A stretch of 47,185 nucleotides of DNA, from assembly GCA_013265495.1 (NCBI GenBank), contig MU057403.1:491481-538665 (forward strand). The letters run 5' to 3'. The notes under the pieces are model-generated. The model saw nothing but the letters and a program-made list of their open reading frames with translations. It was not told where the DNA came from and searched no databases. Below are positions 1 to 14,082 of the stretch, piece by piece. The position numbers and the translations under genes were made by a program. Origin of the DNA: Vicugna vicugna (Eukaryota). Within the stretch, counting starts at the first letter, position 1; every line of letters begins with the position of its first letter.

Positions 1-964
1 CCAATTAACCCACACTTACAGCTTATGTGTAATTTTTCCTTCTCCAGCCAGGCTCCCACCTTACAAATCATGATGTTACTGTGGTAATCTTAATTTTGTA
101 AAAAAGCTGGTTGGTGATTTATTTTTCAGTAGAAAGGGGGAAAAAAAAGCCCTCCATTTGATATTCCTTATTCTTTAGTCTTCCCATGTATAATATCAGA
201 GGATAATGTATCAATTCTAGGCTGGACCTAAAAAAAGATTCTTTGAAGACCACAGTTTCAGGAAATAAAGTAGCTTGAGTACTGTCTTCTGATTATAAAA
301 TGGCCAGGAGTATTTCTTCCTTTACAAGAGATAGTCTGCTGCAATGTGTTCAACTTGGTTTTAAATATCAGAGGTTATAAATTCAAAAGCACTTTTACGC
401 AGCTAACTTACTAGTGTAATTAGATACATTATGATTTGACATCTTTCATCATTAAGCTAGATTGGAGCCAGCCACAATTTATTGGGGGGTGTATGTCATT
501 AAAACAAAACGTTTTAAAAGACCGTATGTATTTTACAATGCATTTTTATTCTAATTGGCAATGGATGATCATTTTAATGTTCTAGAGTAGGCTTGATATA
601 AAAGGAAGAATGATAGCAAAGTGGCACAAACTCTGCCTTTCAAGTAAGCCAAAGTTAATGTGTAATATACATAAGAGCATTTGCTCAAAACCTTGGGAGA
701 AATAAAGTCACCTTTAATTTCCTAAGATAGATCTAATATGGTTGTTCTGTTTCACTGGGGCTCAGGACCACTCTGAATCAGCCTTCTTGATGAGTCAGGT
801 TTGGCAGCAAAGTCTCATCTGGCCTTCTCAGCAGACCTCCATAGGGCTTAAACTGGGGAAAAACTGGAAAGTTTGGAGCCAGACCAAGGGTTTGGGGAAT
901 AGGGGTGGAGAGGTATCAGAGCAGCAGTGCACGCATGTTTCACAACTAGCTTGGGGAGGAGGGA

Positions 965-1092
965 GCCCTGATTTGTCGCATTTGCTGATTCCCATGGTGT
1001 AAATGCTCCCACCTTGGCCGATTTCAGGCTCCCGGATGATTTTACAGTGTGCTCACAACTCTCCCCAGCCTGTATGAGCCAGCTCTAGTACA
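965..1092. mobile_element. MER63-like hAT DNA transposon fragment
   Basis: gatttgtcgcatttgctgattcccatggtgtaaatgctcccaccttggccgatttc...gagccagctctagtaca resembles the recalled MER63 consensus. Confidence 0.55.
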
Positions 1093-1114
1093 GGGAGGAC
1101 ATTTTCTTTCCAGT

Positions 1115-4100
1115 GTTTTTTGAAAAGTCACTTTTTAATTTTGATGAAGTTCAGTTTATAGATGTCTTCTTCTATAAGCTGTACATTTTGTGCATAGTAT
1201 GTACAAAATCTAAGGTCATTCAGAATTTTTTCTTCTATTTTCTTCTAGATGTTTTCCAGTTTTAGTTCATATGTTTAGATTAATGATCCATTTTTGAGTG
1301 AATATTTGTAGATGGATGACATAAGACTTGATGATTTTTTAAAAAAAAAAGCTAGCTATCCACTTGTCTAGCAACATTTGTTAAAAGATTGTTCTTTTCC
1401 CATTGAATTGCCTTGTTGAAAAACTTTATTTGTGGATTTTCTATTATTCCATTAATTTATTTGTCTTGACATAAATAAGAAACTGCTCTGATATTATAAT
1501 ACTGTGTAGTAAGTCCTGAAACTGGGTAGAGCAACTGTTTCAAATTTGTTGTGAATTTTAAAATTCTTACGGCTATTCTAGGTCTTTAAATTTCCATATG
1601 AATTTTTGAATCAAATTCTTCATTTCTACAAAAATTACTGCTGAGATTTTGGTGCAGTAAATATATTTTGCAATTAGAATCTATTGAAAATTGTCATCTT
1701 AATAATCTGGGGTCTCCTGACCCACGGACATGGGATATTGCTCCATTTATTTAGGTCTTGTTTAATTACTTCACTAATATTTTGTGCTTTTAAAGTGCAC
1801 ATCTTTGGTCAGATTTGTTCCTAAGTATTTCACAATTTTGATGATGTTATAAATGGAATTGTTTTAAATTTTAATTCTGTTTGTTTCTTGCTAGTCTATA
1901 GAAATATAACTGATTTAGTAGGTTGACCTTATATCTTGAAAATTTCCTAAATTATTAGTTCTGATAGCTTCTTTTTGTAGAGTCTTTAGATGATCATATC
2001 CTCTCTGAGTAAAGACAGTTTTACTTACTCCTTTGTAACCTGGATGACTTTATTGCTTTTTCGTGTCCTGTTGCTCTGCTTGGACCTCCAGAACAACATG
2101 GGATAGAGATGGTGAGAATGGACATCCTTGCCTTGATCTTGATCTCAGGGGGAAAGTGTTCAGTCCTTCACCATGATGTGTATGATCCTAGCTGTACAGT
2201 ATTTTTTGTAGGTACCTTTTATCAAGTCGTGTAAATTCCCTTCTATACTGGATTTACTGAGAATTTTTGTCATGGCTGAATATTGAATTAAGTTAAATGC
2301 TTTTTTTCCCTCATGTAATGATTGAGATGATTATTTGGTTTTTCTTTTTTATTATGTTAGTTTGGTGAGTTGCATCAATTGATTTTCAAATAAACCAACT
2401 TTACATTCCTGAGATACACCCTGTTTTGTCATAGTGCCTTATCCTTTTAACGTATTGTTGAATTCAATTTGCTAATATTTTATTCAGGATTTTTGTATCT
2501 ATATTTATGAGGGATATTGGTCTGTAGGATCTTTTGTTGTTTTTTTAATGTCCTTTTCTGGTTTTGGTATCAGGATAACACTGTTCCCATAGAATGAGTT
2601 GGGAAGTATCCCCTGCTTCAGTTTTATAGAAGAGTTTGTGTAGAATTGGTATTAATGTTCTTTAAATGTTTGATAAAATTCTTCAGTGACACCATTAGGG
2701 CCTGGTGTTTTCTTTGTAGGACAAATTTTAATTACAAATTCATTTTTATTAATGACTGTAGGACTATTCACATTCTCTCTCTCTTCTTGAGTGAGCTTTG
2801 GTAGTTTGTCTTTTGATGAAGATGTCCATTGCATGTAAATTGTCAATTTTTTGGCATTAAGTTGTTGTTATACTTTTAACGTCTGTCGGACTGTTAGTGC
2901 TGTACCCTCTCTCATTACTAATATTGGTCATTTGTACCTTCTCTTTTACTAAATCAGTACAGTAAGCAGCTTCTCAATTTTATTGATTTTTCAATGAACC
3001 AGTTTTTATTTCATTAATTCTTTCCTTTAAATTTTATCTCTTTCTGCTGTTAGCCTAATTTTCATGTTAATATTCCTTGCTCAGAACTCTACTTTGTCTG
3101 GTGTGAATATAGCCATTGCGGTTTCAGGTTAATTAGTTCCACTGTGGTATACCTTTCTCTATTTACTTCAAATTTATTTGTTTATATACATGCAGTTAGT
3201 TTCTTATAAACAGTATGCGGTTGGTTCCTGCTTTGAAAAAAAAACAGTCTGATATTCTCTGCCTTTTAATTGGTACGTTTAGACTGTTAATATTCAATGT
3301 GATTATTCATGTGGTTAGATTTAAATCTACCATTTTGTTGCTTGTTTTCTATTTGCCTGCTCTTTGTCCCTTTTCCCTTGGATTGAGTCATTTTCTGATT
3401 AGATTTGATCACTTTCTGTGGTTTGTTTTCACTAGTTGCTTTAGGTAAACAGTTTACATCTTTCTCTTACCACAGTCTGCTTTTAAGTGATTTATATTAT
3501 ACCACTTTATTCTCCTCTCCCCTTTCTAGCGTTTCTTCTATAGTTGTCATGTATTTATTTCTACATATGTTATAAATTCCTCAATATTTTATTACTGTTA
3601 TTACTTTAAATAGCCAATTATCTTTAAAAGACCTGTAAAAGGAAGAAAAAGTCTTTCGTACGTGTTTACATATTTACCATTTCCCAGTGCTCTTCATTAC
3701 TTTGGTTTTAGTTCAGACTTGCAGTCTGATTTCATTTTTCATCTGCCTGAAGGATTTCGTTTAGTATTCCTTGTACTGAAGATTTGCTGGTATGATTTCC
3801 TTCAGCCTTTGTACAACCTGAAAAAGTCCTTACTTTATGTTCGTTTTTTTGAAAGGTTTGCAGACTGTAGAATCCTAAACTGACAGGCGCCCTCACCCAT
3901 TCCTGTTCTGTATTTTAATGGTCTCATTAGGCTGCCTCTGACTTGCACTGTTTCTGACAACTATGCTGTAATTCTCGTCTTTGTCTCTGTGCACACAACG
4001 GGTCTTTTTTCTCTACTACTTTTACAATTTTCTCTCCATCACTGGTTTAAAGAAACTTTATTATTATGTGCCTTGCTGTAATTTTCTTCATGTTTCTTGT

Positions 4101-4400
4101 GCTTTGGGTTTGTTGAGCTACTTGAATCTGTGGGTTCATTGAATTTGGAAAAGTTGCCACCGTATTTTTTTGAAATTCTTTTTATCTCTTCTCTCCTGCT
4201 AGGATCATAATTTCTTGTATATTGGGCTCAATAATTATGTTGAGTTGTCTCACAACTGAATGATTCTCTGTAACTTTTTCATTTACCTTTTTCCCCCTTT
4301 ACCTTTCATTTTCAATGATTTCTATTGCTATGTCTTCAAATTCACTAATCTTATTATCTTAGCTAGATGTCATGAGAAATCTAATTTCTTTTTAATCTAA
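1115..4400 (-). mobile_element. Old L1M-type LINE-1, antisense, degraded
   Basis: Long T-rich L1 antisense tract. ORF2 remnant KLPKLTQEERENVNSP...KKTPGPNGVTEEFYQTFKE at 2652-2846 (-). Confidence 0.9.
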
Positions 4401-6142
4401 CAAATGACATTTAAATAAAACTTTAGACTCTGACACATTGGGTTTTTATGATGATAATAATTTCCTAATTTCCTATTTACTGTACTTCATGAAATATTTT
4501 ATCTTGATGACTTAAGATACAATTCCAATTCTCCTTGATTTAATCAGTATTTGTATTTGGCCCCTCCCTTTCCATTTCCTCTTTTGTTGAGCTTTGTGGG
4601 ACAGCAGTTCTTTTGTTACTTTGCCTGATGAACCCTGGTACACACAGTGCTCTGATTATTGTCCTGTTCCCAGTATGATCAAATGACTAAAAACCATGCC
4701 TTGATGGTAGACAAGACTTCTCTGGACAGGAGTGGATAGTCATAATGTTATGTCTCTCTTGAAGAACCAGACATTGGGAGAGCTGTGAGTAGGCTGCTGG
4801 ATGTTCATGTCTTTTATTTTATTTTTGAGCTTAATGCTGCTTTGCAGAAGGTCTTTGGCTATCTTCCACCACATGGAGACAGGCAGTCCTCACTCCAGCT
4901 AGGAAGTGTCACATCTAGACAAAGCTTTGGGGCCAGAGTATATAGATCTCTCAAGCCACCTGGTGTACCAGGACAAGTCTTAAGGCCCATGGGAGAGGTA
5001 AACCGGTTAAGGTTGGATGCCTGTATGCAAGTACAACTATTTTTCTTCTCTCCTGTGGTAGCTTTTCGCTTTGCTTCTCCTTTAATATTCAGCACAGTCT
5101 TCCAAGAGTCTCAGCTTTTCTTAGCTGGTCCAATGAGAACCAAGAGAAAATGTTTTTGATTAACCTTGATGGCAACATTGACAAGAGAGATACCCAAAAG
5201 GTTGGTAAATTTCAGGGGCAAAGGAGTTGCTTGATTGACTATCTTCCCCACCTATAATAAATACCTCCTTTTGGAGATTAACTTTGGAGGATCCACATTG
5301 TACTGTGTTGGGGTGGGTAAGGAATTTTCCTGACAAGATTCTTTACTGCCTTCCCCACCTACTCACCAACACACACTCTTTCTCTTTGTTACAGAGCCTT
5401 GGTCTCAACAGCCGGCAACTAATGACTGTGATATTAATCAAAAGAAAATAAGGGTTTTTTTTTCTTTTTTTTTCACTCAAAAGGATATATGCATTTAATT
5501 GATAACCCTTAAAGATGAGAGGCTATTCTGTGATTAAAGGAGTTATTACCTAATGACAGAGTATCAGGTAGAGGAAGATAGACTGGGGACTGGGATCCTG
5601 ACCAGCTCTACCACTGTGCCTGTAGAGTTTTATACCAATAGACATCTCTTTCAACTTGGCCTAATCTAGTTTTTTAATGTACCATTCAGAATGAACATTT
5701 AAGATGATTATTTTGGGGAAATGTTATCCATATAGCCCAAGATAAATCTATCAATGTAGAGTCTGAAAAAAATGATTAACTGTATATTTATGTTAAACAT
5801 CTAGAGAAAGATCTACTGATTTATTAATGAGATGCTAAGGTGAAATGGCCTTAAGATATGAATGTGAACTTGTGTGCTGTCGTGTTTGTTTGTAATACTA
5901 CGCTTGACTTCTGATACGTGCAAATTATACATTCCCAAATCAACAGAATAATTCCTTAAGAATTGCATGTTCCTAGGAGTCTCAAAATGGGTATGATACT
6001 TCCTTACTTCCATGTCACCTTATTTCAGAAAAGATGTAAAGGGCTAAAGTGAATAGATTGTAAGTGTCCTTTGGGACACATATATTTGTTTAGCAAAAAG
6101 TGAGACCTTTACTTTCTAATTTCATTAACATTTGACTTTTAG

Positions 6143-6229
6143 GTATTCAGAAGATGACTATCTTCAGATTATCACAAATATCCAGAGCTGTCCGTGGAAA
6201 CGACAAGCAGAAGAATATGAGAATTTCAG
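6143..6229 (+). CDS. ST8SIA6: ST8SIA6 internal coding exon (stem region; likely exon 4), 87 bp
   Basis: Acceptor tttgacttttAG (6141-6142), donor GTaaaa (6230). Translates YSEDDYLQIITNIQSCPWKRQAEEYENFR, matching recalled ST8SIA6 (YSENDYLQIITDIQSCPWKRQAEEYANFR). Phase 2-2, compatible with the next exon. Confidence 0.95.
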
Positions 6230-7499
6230 GTAAAAACATTTCTTCATAAATAATCGGTGATGAAAAGTGTTTCCATTTGCTTTCTAGGGAAAATAAGCAA
6301 TGTGTTGTTAAAAAGAAAAGTAGAAGGGGCCAGGTGACAATCAGGAAGATGTCATTCCAAGATCGCCTCATAAGGCACATGGTCCTCTGTCTCCTTCTCT
6401 TATATGGAAGTTTGTATTTGTAATTATGTGACTGAAATTAATTACAAAAATCCCATGTTCAAAATGATAGTTTTTGTTGTACTTTTTATTATAGTTTAGA
6501 GGCTACTGCTGCCGCTCTGTACCACTTGTATTTGACATTTATTTATTTTGTAAATGGAATGTAACAGTGTTAAGGAATGTTTGGAAAACATAGAAGGCAA
6601 AAGAATCATCTGTGGTCCCCTCGCTTTAGAACAAAAACTATTCCTTGCTGCGTATTCCCTTCCAGTTTGTCTCATTAGCTTTTCGACACCAGCAATGTAC
6701 AGGGACATGAGATGCCTCAGGTAATTACCTGGGAGGTGCTGTCAAAAGCCTGACAAGACCAGGTTATCCATTGATGGTTACAGAGCTATTCTGTGTGTGG
6801 ATAACTTGGAGCCCACCCGACAGAAACCAGTTGTGTCAAAACGGTTCTCTGCGGCAGGTGCCTGGACATTTCCCTGGCACCTCTTCCTCCCAACACCTGC
6901 TCATACGGTGCCACTGGGCCAGGATCTCTGTGCTTGCCTGGGCTCCATTTTCGCTGCTTTTCTTTGCCCACATTCTGATTCTTTGTTTTGCATCAGTACA
7001 AGTTTTGTCTTGTGCTAAGTTATGAGAGAATGGAAGCATGTGTTTTCCTTTACTGGTTCCTATTTTCAAAACTGACTTTAAGGATCCAGTGTTTTCAAAA
7101 CCCTATTCAAGAGACTTTGCTGTCCTCTGAGATTCTCTAGCAAGTATCTGCTGCTCCACTCTCTTTACTGTGGGAAGGCGGCTCTTCTTGCTTGCACAGG
7201 GCTGTGGCTTCTGCCTGCACCTCATCCAGTCAGTATGCGCAGGGGTCCTTGGACCAATGGCCTGTGATTCTGTGGCCAATTCAAGAGGAGGGAAGGTTCT
7301 GGTCGGCTCCCATTGGGTGAAAGAGTAGCTTCTTGACTGCATCACAGCTAAAAGTGAATATCCTTCCTCCACTGGGTAGACACATGAATTGTCATGACTT
7401 CCTATGGGATACCATTAAGTATTTTTCTGAACTGAGGGATGAGAAAAAGGATGAGATATTTAGCTATTTAATCTCCAGAGTATTTTATGCTACCTAGTC

Positions 7500-7878
7500 T
7501 CCTGTAGACTGAATGGGTCCCCTCAGAGTCATAAATTTCATCAAAAAATAAATTAAAAGTTGAAAAACTGAATCACCAGTATGATGGTATTTGGAGGTGG
7601 GACCTTTGGGAGGTGATTGGATTATGAGGGTAGAGTCCTTATGAATGGAAGACATGACCTTATAAAAGATGCCACGGACTACTTCTCACCCCTTCCATCA
7701 AGTGAGGACATAGTAGGAAGACGGCTGTCTCAGAACCAGGAAGTGGATTCTCACCGGACACCAAATCTGTCAGCACCTTGATCGTCTTCTAATTCCCTGC
7801 CTCCAGAATTGTGAAAATAAGTTTCTGTCTTTTATAAGCCACCCAGTGTGTAGTGTTCTGCTCAAGTGGACTAAGACA
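7500..7878 (+). mobile_element. MLT1A-like MaLR solo LTR
   Basis: gatggtatttggaggtgggacctttgggaggtgatt...ccagaattgtga...ataagccacccag...gactaagaCA hallmarks. Confidence 0.85.
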
Positions 7879-8579
7879 AGTTCTACTAAACAGCAGACTA
7901 GATTTGAGAGATCGTTGTAACAGGAAGACCAGGTAGAAAGTTGCACAGGCAATTATAACCGAATTGATCACAGAATCAATGAACGAGTGGCAGGCGAGTC
8001 TGGTTTTGAGAGACCTTTCTACATGTGCAGAGTAGGCAAAAAAAGAAAGAGAATATGGAGGTTTTGAACCATTGAGGATCAATCCCAGATCATTAGCTGG
8101 AAAAGACCAGATGAGTGGTGACGCTGATAATTAAAGTAGGGGGTCACGGAGCTTCTACATCTGACTGTAAAGTTGGTGTAGATCAAACCTCCGGAGAATA
8201 ACACAAAGGATACCAAACACCTCTTTGAGGCCAGCAGAGAGCTACCAGGGCAGATCCAGAAGAAGAAAGAAGCCCAGGGAGGAGGGACCTGCATTTGGAG
8301 CTGCTTTTCCTCACCGGGAGCTTGCGGGACGCACAAGCAAGAGGAGGATGGGCGGCAGAGAAGCTGAGCAGTGCTTCTAGCAATCCCTAGAAACGCCCAG
8401 TTCTCTCAAAGACTGATGCCCAAACTGGAGTCATCTCCATCCTCAGCTGGATTTAGATCTGCCCTTGGCCTGGATGCCTGATGAAATCAAAATAAATCCT
8501 CTCTGGAAGGAAGTAACCTCACTCTGAGTCTTGGGTGATCTCTGTAAGCCTCTATACACAGTCTAGAAGGGTTTTTCCT

Positions 8580-8610
8580 TGTGTGTGTGTGTGTGCGCGC
8601 GCGCGCGCGC
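8580..8610. repeat. (GT)7(GC)8 compound microsatellite
   Basis: Read directly: tgtgtgtgtgtgtgtgcgcgcgcgcgcgcgc. Confidence 0.95.
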
Positions 8611-9331
8611 TAAAAATCTGGAGTCTCTTCGAATCCAAAGCTGCATGAAAGTCACTGGGTGCAAATTAGGATGAATAGATGCTGTGTAGATGGGGATATG
8701 CAGACATAATGGCCATTTCCCCCTTTGTACCATCTCAGTACAAAAAGTGCATCTATAACCTTGATGAGTACCCAGTGGGCCATCTATCCCTTCAGGGCGA
8801 ATCTAAGAAAACATCTGGGACTATAACACTTACTGTTTATTGTCATTCAAGAGAACAGTCATGGTGACATTTATGTATTTCTTGGAACATTTATTATATC
8901 AGGATGTTCTTTTTATGGGCATATTTGTAAACTGAATTATACAAACCCACGACAGAAATGTGTGCAGTTAAACCATAATAAACTATCCACTTTTCTCAAT
9001 TTTTAGTAATATAGCTGGCCAAATCTGGAGAGTTTCTAGCTTATTTATAAAGTTGGTGTTATGGAAATGTCCCCGATTTTTATAGATGCCAAGTAGCTAA
9101 ATTGTTTCCTATTTTATTTATTTATAGCAATTTATACCAAATTGAAGAAAAGTGAAAGGTGGTAATATTCTTTAAGCAGGAATTACTAAAGTTACACTAA
9201 ATTCTGGAGAATATGTGCAAGTAAATATATTCTAAGTCCAGCTTGATTGTTGAAACTCCCAGCAGTTGCTACCTAGGGACTATTTGAAGATGGACTTTTG
9301 TGGTCACATGATCTAAAAATCAGACAGCTTT

Positions 9332-9502
9332 CCACAGGGAACTATATTCAATATCTTGTGGTAACCTATAATGGTAAAGAACATGACAATGAATACATGT
9401 ATGTATATGTATGAATGAAACATTATGCTGTCTACCAGAAATTGACACAGCATTTTAAACTGACTATACTTCAGTTAAAAAAAATGCAGATTAAAAAAAA
9501 AA
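9332..9502 (+). mobile_element. Short 5'-truncated lineage-specific L1 3' end with poly(A) and TSD
   Basis: cacagggaactatattcaatatcttg...actgactatacttcagttaaaaa. Flanks AAAAATCAGACAGCTTT (9315-9331) and AAAAAGCAGAGAGCTTT (9498-9514). Confidence 0.85.
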
Positions 9503-11450
9503 GCAGAGAGCTTTTCTTAAGTAAATATGCTGCCTGCTAGCAGAGAGCATACATTTTATTTATCAGTAAATATTTGTTTCGGGTTTACAATGCCAAAGCA
9601 CAATAGACCCCTTAAGCCTGGGACGGTATGAGACATGTGCTAAGTAGGACCTCAATAAATGTATATTAAATAAATGGTTGCATGAAAATAAACAAGAAAA
9701 ATGCAAGGTTTTCTTACTGACTTTGAAGAAATTGTAGCCAGTTTGGTGAGACAAGAAATAAGAATATGAATATTTATGATTTAATGTCAAAATGAGTGAG
9801 GTTTACAAATACCATAATATATCAATGCACAATCAGTGCGGGATGTAATTTCTTGAAACGTTTTTGTGGAAAGAAGCAGGACTTGAGCTGTAGCTCTGAA
9901 GATAAGTGGAAAGGGAGGGAGAGACCAGGAGCGATGGGACCAGGAATAAACATGAATAATTTTGAAGACCAGCTTCACTGGAGCTGTGAACTTGTACTAG
10001 AGGGAACTTGGGGGGAAGGGGGTGCTTGTAGGTAGACAGGGGCCGGCCCGTTGAGACACAGGGCTCTGATTATCAAAGTCCACAGGCTTTCTGTAGATAC
10101 CAGGAACCCAACAGAGATATTCCCAGCAAGGGAATTACATGATGAATTTATTATTTTAGGGAATGTATTCAGTCAGCAAAATGTTATGCAAATTAGAATC
10201 TTAGGAGGGAGTGAGCAGACGGAGGGAAATCAGAGCAGGCAGGGTTGGTTGTAGAAAGATGACTGCAGAATGATGACCTCAAACATCAGTGGTTGCTATA
10301 GAAATATCAAGAAGGGATACTTGACTGTCAGCTCTTTGAAGACCTGGTATGTTTTATTTATCTTTGTGTCTCCTGTGACCATCACATAGATGGTACCCAG
10401 TAAATAGCCGTGGTATACATGACTGAAAGAGTGGGGAGGGTCTGGTTGCTTACTGATTCCTGGTTTTCTAATTGAAGGAGAAGAAAAATAGAGTCAAGGA
10501 CACACAAGAAAATTTGGGTTTGGTTGATTGGGATATTAGTGGTGCTAGGGACAAGTGGAAAGATTTCAAAGGGAAGTTGCTTTTGAGAAGATAAGCTGAT
10601 TTGGGGCAGGCTGTGTTTGAGATGACATTGGGACAACCAGATGCAGAAGGTGTTTTCTTGGTCTGGGATCAACATTTAAGTGTTAAGAGAAAATGGGCTC
10701 TCCTGGAAAAGGAAGTTTAAAAGCTAGATTATATAGAAATATGGCTCTCTAAAAGCCTATCTTCTCAGCAGTCTTTTTTTCCCCTTGTTTAACAATGTTT
10801 GTCCTCTTTTCATAGATTCCTTAGTTTTTAATCATTCAGTACTGTAATTGTGAGTCTGAGAACTTGTGCCTGGGGTTTGAGCCCCTGACTTCCCTCAGCC
10901 TTTACCTGGGAACATCTGAGGTGTATATCGGTGGTTCCATGAAGCCCTTGAAATTGTGTGTGACATTTTGTACATGTTTCTGGGAAAAAGATACCTAACT
11001 TTTATCAGATTCTCAAGGAGTTCTAGGAGCCCCAGAATGGACTAAAATATTTCTAAGAACTCCTCCAGACTTGAGGCTCCGTTTGCTTTGGCATTGGTTT
11101 GTTTCACTTTCCCTGTAAGCATTCTTATCATAAGCTTAAGTGTGGCCATAGCTCAGATTTATCCCTCCTAAAATCCAGACACTCTAAATTTCAGTTATGA
11201 ACTGACTTTCCTATGAGATCCTAGTTGAACCTAACAACGTACTTAAGAATTGAAGATGTCCTACCCACTGTTTTTTCCTTGGTATGTACTTCGATTTATG
11301 CATAGCTACAAAGTTAAGAATGTTGAGCTGTCTGCCTTCTGCTTTTAAAATCATTGAGTAGCTATCCTATTATACTTATTTCCCACAAGTGCAATTTGAT
11401 GCACGTATAATTATTTGTGTAAAATCTAACCTGGATTTCAGTTTAAGAAG

Positions 11451-11599
11451 TTCAAAATCTTGTAATAACCTTTAATGGAAAAAAATATGAAAACAAATAT
11501 ATGTATGTATATGCATGACTGGGACATCGTGCTATGCACCTGAGATTGACACATTGTAATTGTATGTCAATAAAAAAAATTAAAAAATTAAAAAATAAA
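11451..11599 (+). mobile_element. Short L1 3' end with A-rich tail
   Basis: tcttgtaataacctttaatgg...gtatatgcatgactgggaca...attgacacattgtaattg...aataaaaaa. Same family as 16653-16910. Confidence 0.8.
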
Positions 11600-11632
11600 C
11601 GGGTTTAAGAAAAAGTAGAGGAGAAAAAGTTA

Positions 11633-12646
11633 TAGGCAGTCCCCAACTTACAAGGATTCAACTTAACAATTTTTTAACTTTACGATGGTGCGACCTTGAT
11701 ACACTTTCATTAGAACCTGTACTGAATTATGATCTTTTCCATGGTGTCTGAGGACAGAGGGAACAAAATGTGCCCACCAAACTGAAAAGATACCTTGAGA
11801 TTGAAAAGTGAGGCAAGCAGCTCCATGTAATCAGTGGATCTATTATTCTGTGCTAACTTATATCCAGGATAGGAGCTGGTGGACCATGATTCAGGAGCAT
11901 TCACAGCTGCATTCTGCATCTCCGAGGGGCCACTGGGACAGTTGTATAGTTAACCTAGGGTGTGAGGGTATGTGCTTGGAGACAGCAGGTGCATCCTAAG
12001 TCAAGGTCTATGATGAGCAGCTAGTCCCATGTGAGCCAGGAATATGTCAGCGAAGGTTTTTATCATTACTCAGAGACTAATATAGCATAGAAACCACCTG
12101 GATCTAATGATTATTAAACAATGTGTTAACTACAAAGTCCTTGACAGCAAAGAAGAGATTTACTCACAGTACAGTCCTAGGTAGGGTCAGTAGAAGGACA
12201 GGAGGAAATGAACAAGCCTGGCATGGCATCACTGTGGTAACAGCCATTCACCGGGATTCTGACATGTGCTCTGATCCTCTCTCGTGATGTTGGGCAGTGG
12301 CAGCAGCCACAGCTCCCAGTCAGCCCTGACAACACGACATCACAAGGGTGAACAGCTTGACAACCATCCTGGACCCAGACAACCATTCTGCTTTTCACTT
12401 TCAGTACAGAATCCAGTAAGTTACATAAGCTATTCAGCATTTTATTACAGAAGAGGCTTTGTGATAGATGATATTGCCCAGCTGTAGGCTAATAATGTAC
12501 ATGTGTTCTGAGCACATTTAATGTAGGTGAGGCTAAGCTATGATGTTGGGGAGGCTGTGTGTTAAATGCATTTTCAACTTAAGATATTTTTAACTTACGA
12601 TGGTTTTATTATTGATGTAAACCCATCGTAAGCAGAGAAAGATCTG
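11633..12646 (-). mobile_element. Tigger3-like (TcMar) DNA transposon, TA-flanked, split by an insert at about 11741-12251
   Basis: Left end ggcagtccccaacttac...actttacgatggtgcga...gatcttttcc. Resumes cggg...gatgttgggcagtggcagc...gctaagctatgatgtt...aacccatcgtaag...atctg. TA at 11631-11632 and 12647-12648. Confidence 0.8.
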
Positions 12647-12733
12647 TATTGCTTTTCACGCTCTCTTCCTGTCATTTTTAGAAACTGATGGGTAATCATT
12701 GCTTGAGCAGGACACTCGGATATTTGAGCATAA

Positions 12734-13220
12734 TGTTATTGAGTCCAAGCTCATACTGCTTGCCATGTGACAGGTCAGTAGTTGTTGGGGCAAGGAACAA
12801 TGTCTTTATTCAGAAAGTCAACAGACCAAGGAGATAGTGGACCCAAAAAACCACGATTCTTGGTTTGGATGTTAGTGAACTATAGAACAAAATGGGGGAG
12901 GTGAGGGAGTAAAGTAAAAAAAGTGATAAGTTGTTGAAACTGTTGTGTGGTTCTGCTAGACTCCTGAGGGGGGTATGTTAATTTCATCTTGCCTGCAGCC
13001 ATTCACAGGTGGGCCTGGTCAGGATGTTTCCTGTAAGTGACAGAAGGTATTTTGGTTTAATGTGGGGGCATGGGAGGCAGGGTTCCTGGAGATGGGCCAT
13101 TTTAAGCTCTAGGCAACATCCTGTTAATGACTAACTTGTAGCAAATGCAAGACAATACAAAGGTTAAAGTAAAAGAAACAAGGAGTCTATGGAGAACAAG
13201 ATTTGTTCTTGTTTACTACA
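12734..13220 (-). mobile_element. ERV1-type solo LTR with 4-bp TSD
   Basis: TG...CA termini. ATAA at 12730-12733 and 13221-13224. tttatt (minus-strand AATAAA) near the left end. Confidence 0.8.
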
Positions 13221-14082
13221 ATAACATCAAAATACTTAAAATTAAACGTGGTAGGAATTGCTCCCTACTTCTCTCTGTCCACTTCCTCTCCTTCAGCCTT
13301 GAAAATTCCTTTGTGAAAGTCTGGGAATGTTTGGAAAGCAAGTTTTATCCCAGCAGAAGATCTTTGAGGGTCAATAATTAGTTTTAGGTTCCCTAGGTAA
13401 CTTGCTTGGTAATTACTGTATTCGCATTCATGAATCGTTTTTCTAACTTAAAAGAACTGTATTCATTTGTGTAATCAATTACAGAACGCTAACAGGTGTA
13501 TACACAACCGTGCTTAATTTTCATTTTGCTATCATATTTTTTCAGAAATAGTCATACTATTATTTTGGTTTTGGTTTCTTTTGGATACTCTAACATCATT
13601 TGATTTCTTCAGACATCCCTGTGTTTCATAGACATGAGTTTGAATCCAAAAGTGCTGAATATTGTCAACCACGTATTTACTGAAAACTTAGTGGCAAAAA
13701 ATGGTGCTATTATATAAATGCACTTTTATTTTAAGACATGCAAATGAGATACCTTTCAAAGTACTTGTAAAACAGGTATTTTTGTGCCTGATTACTTTGT
13801 TACAGATAACTATTACAGGGTAGCAATTTTATTAAATCTCAAATTATCCCCTCAGGTTTGGTTAGATTAAAATTTCTTGAAAATAACTTCGTCTTTCTTT
13901 GTGTTGGGTATATAAGAAAATATTCCATCGCTGTCTTAGTAGATTCATTGATATTTCTAAAATAACAGCCAATATATTGCTTTCATTTTTATTGGCGCTC
14001 CTTGGAGGGAAAAAAAGCATTTTAAACAAAGTGATCTTCCAGATTGCATATCACGTATGTTAATTTTTTTACTGCATTATAC

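Noticed and set aside
5375..5455. Polypyrimidine tract plus CAG near 5394 as an extra ST8SIA6 exon
   Set aside because: No convincing donor and no similarity to the recalled upstream ST8SIA6 peptide.
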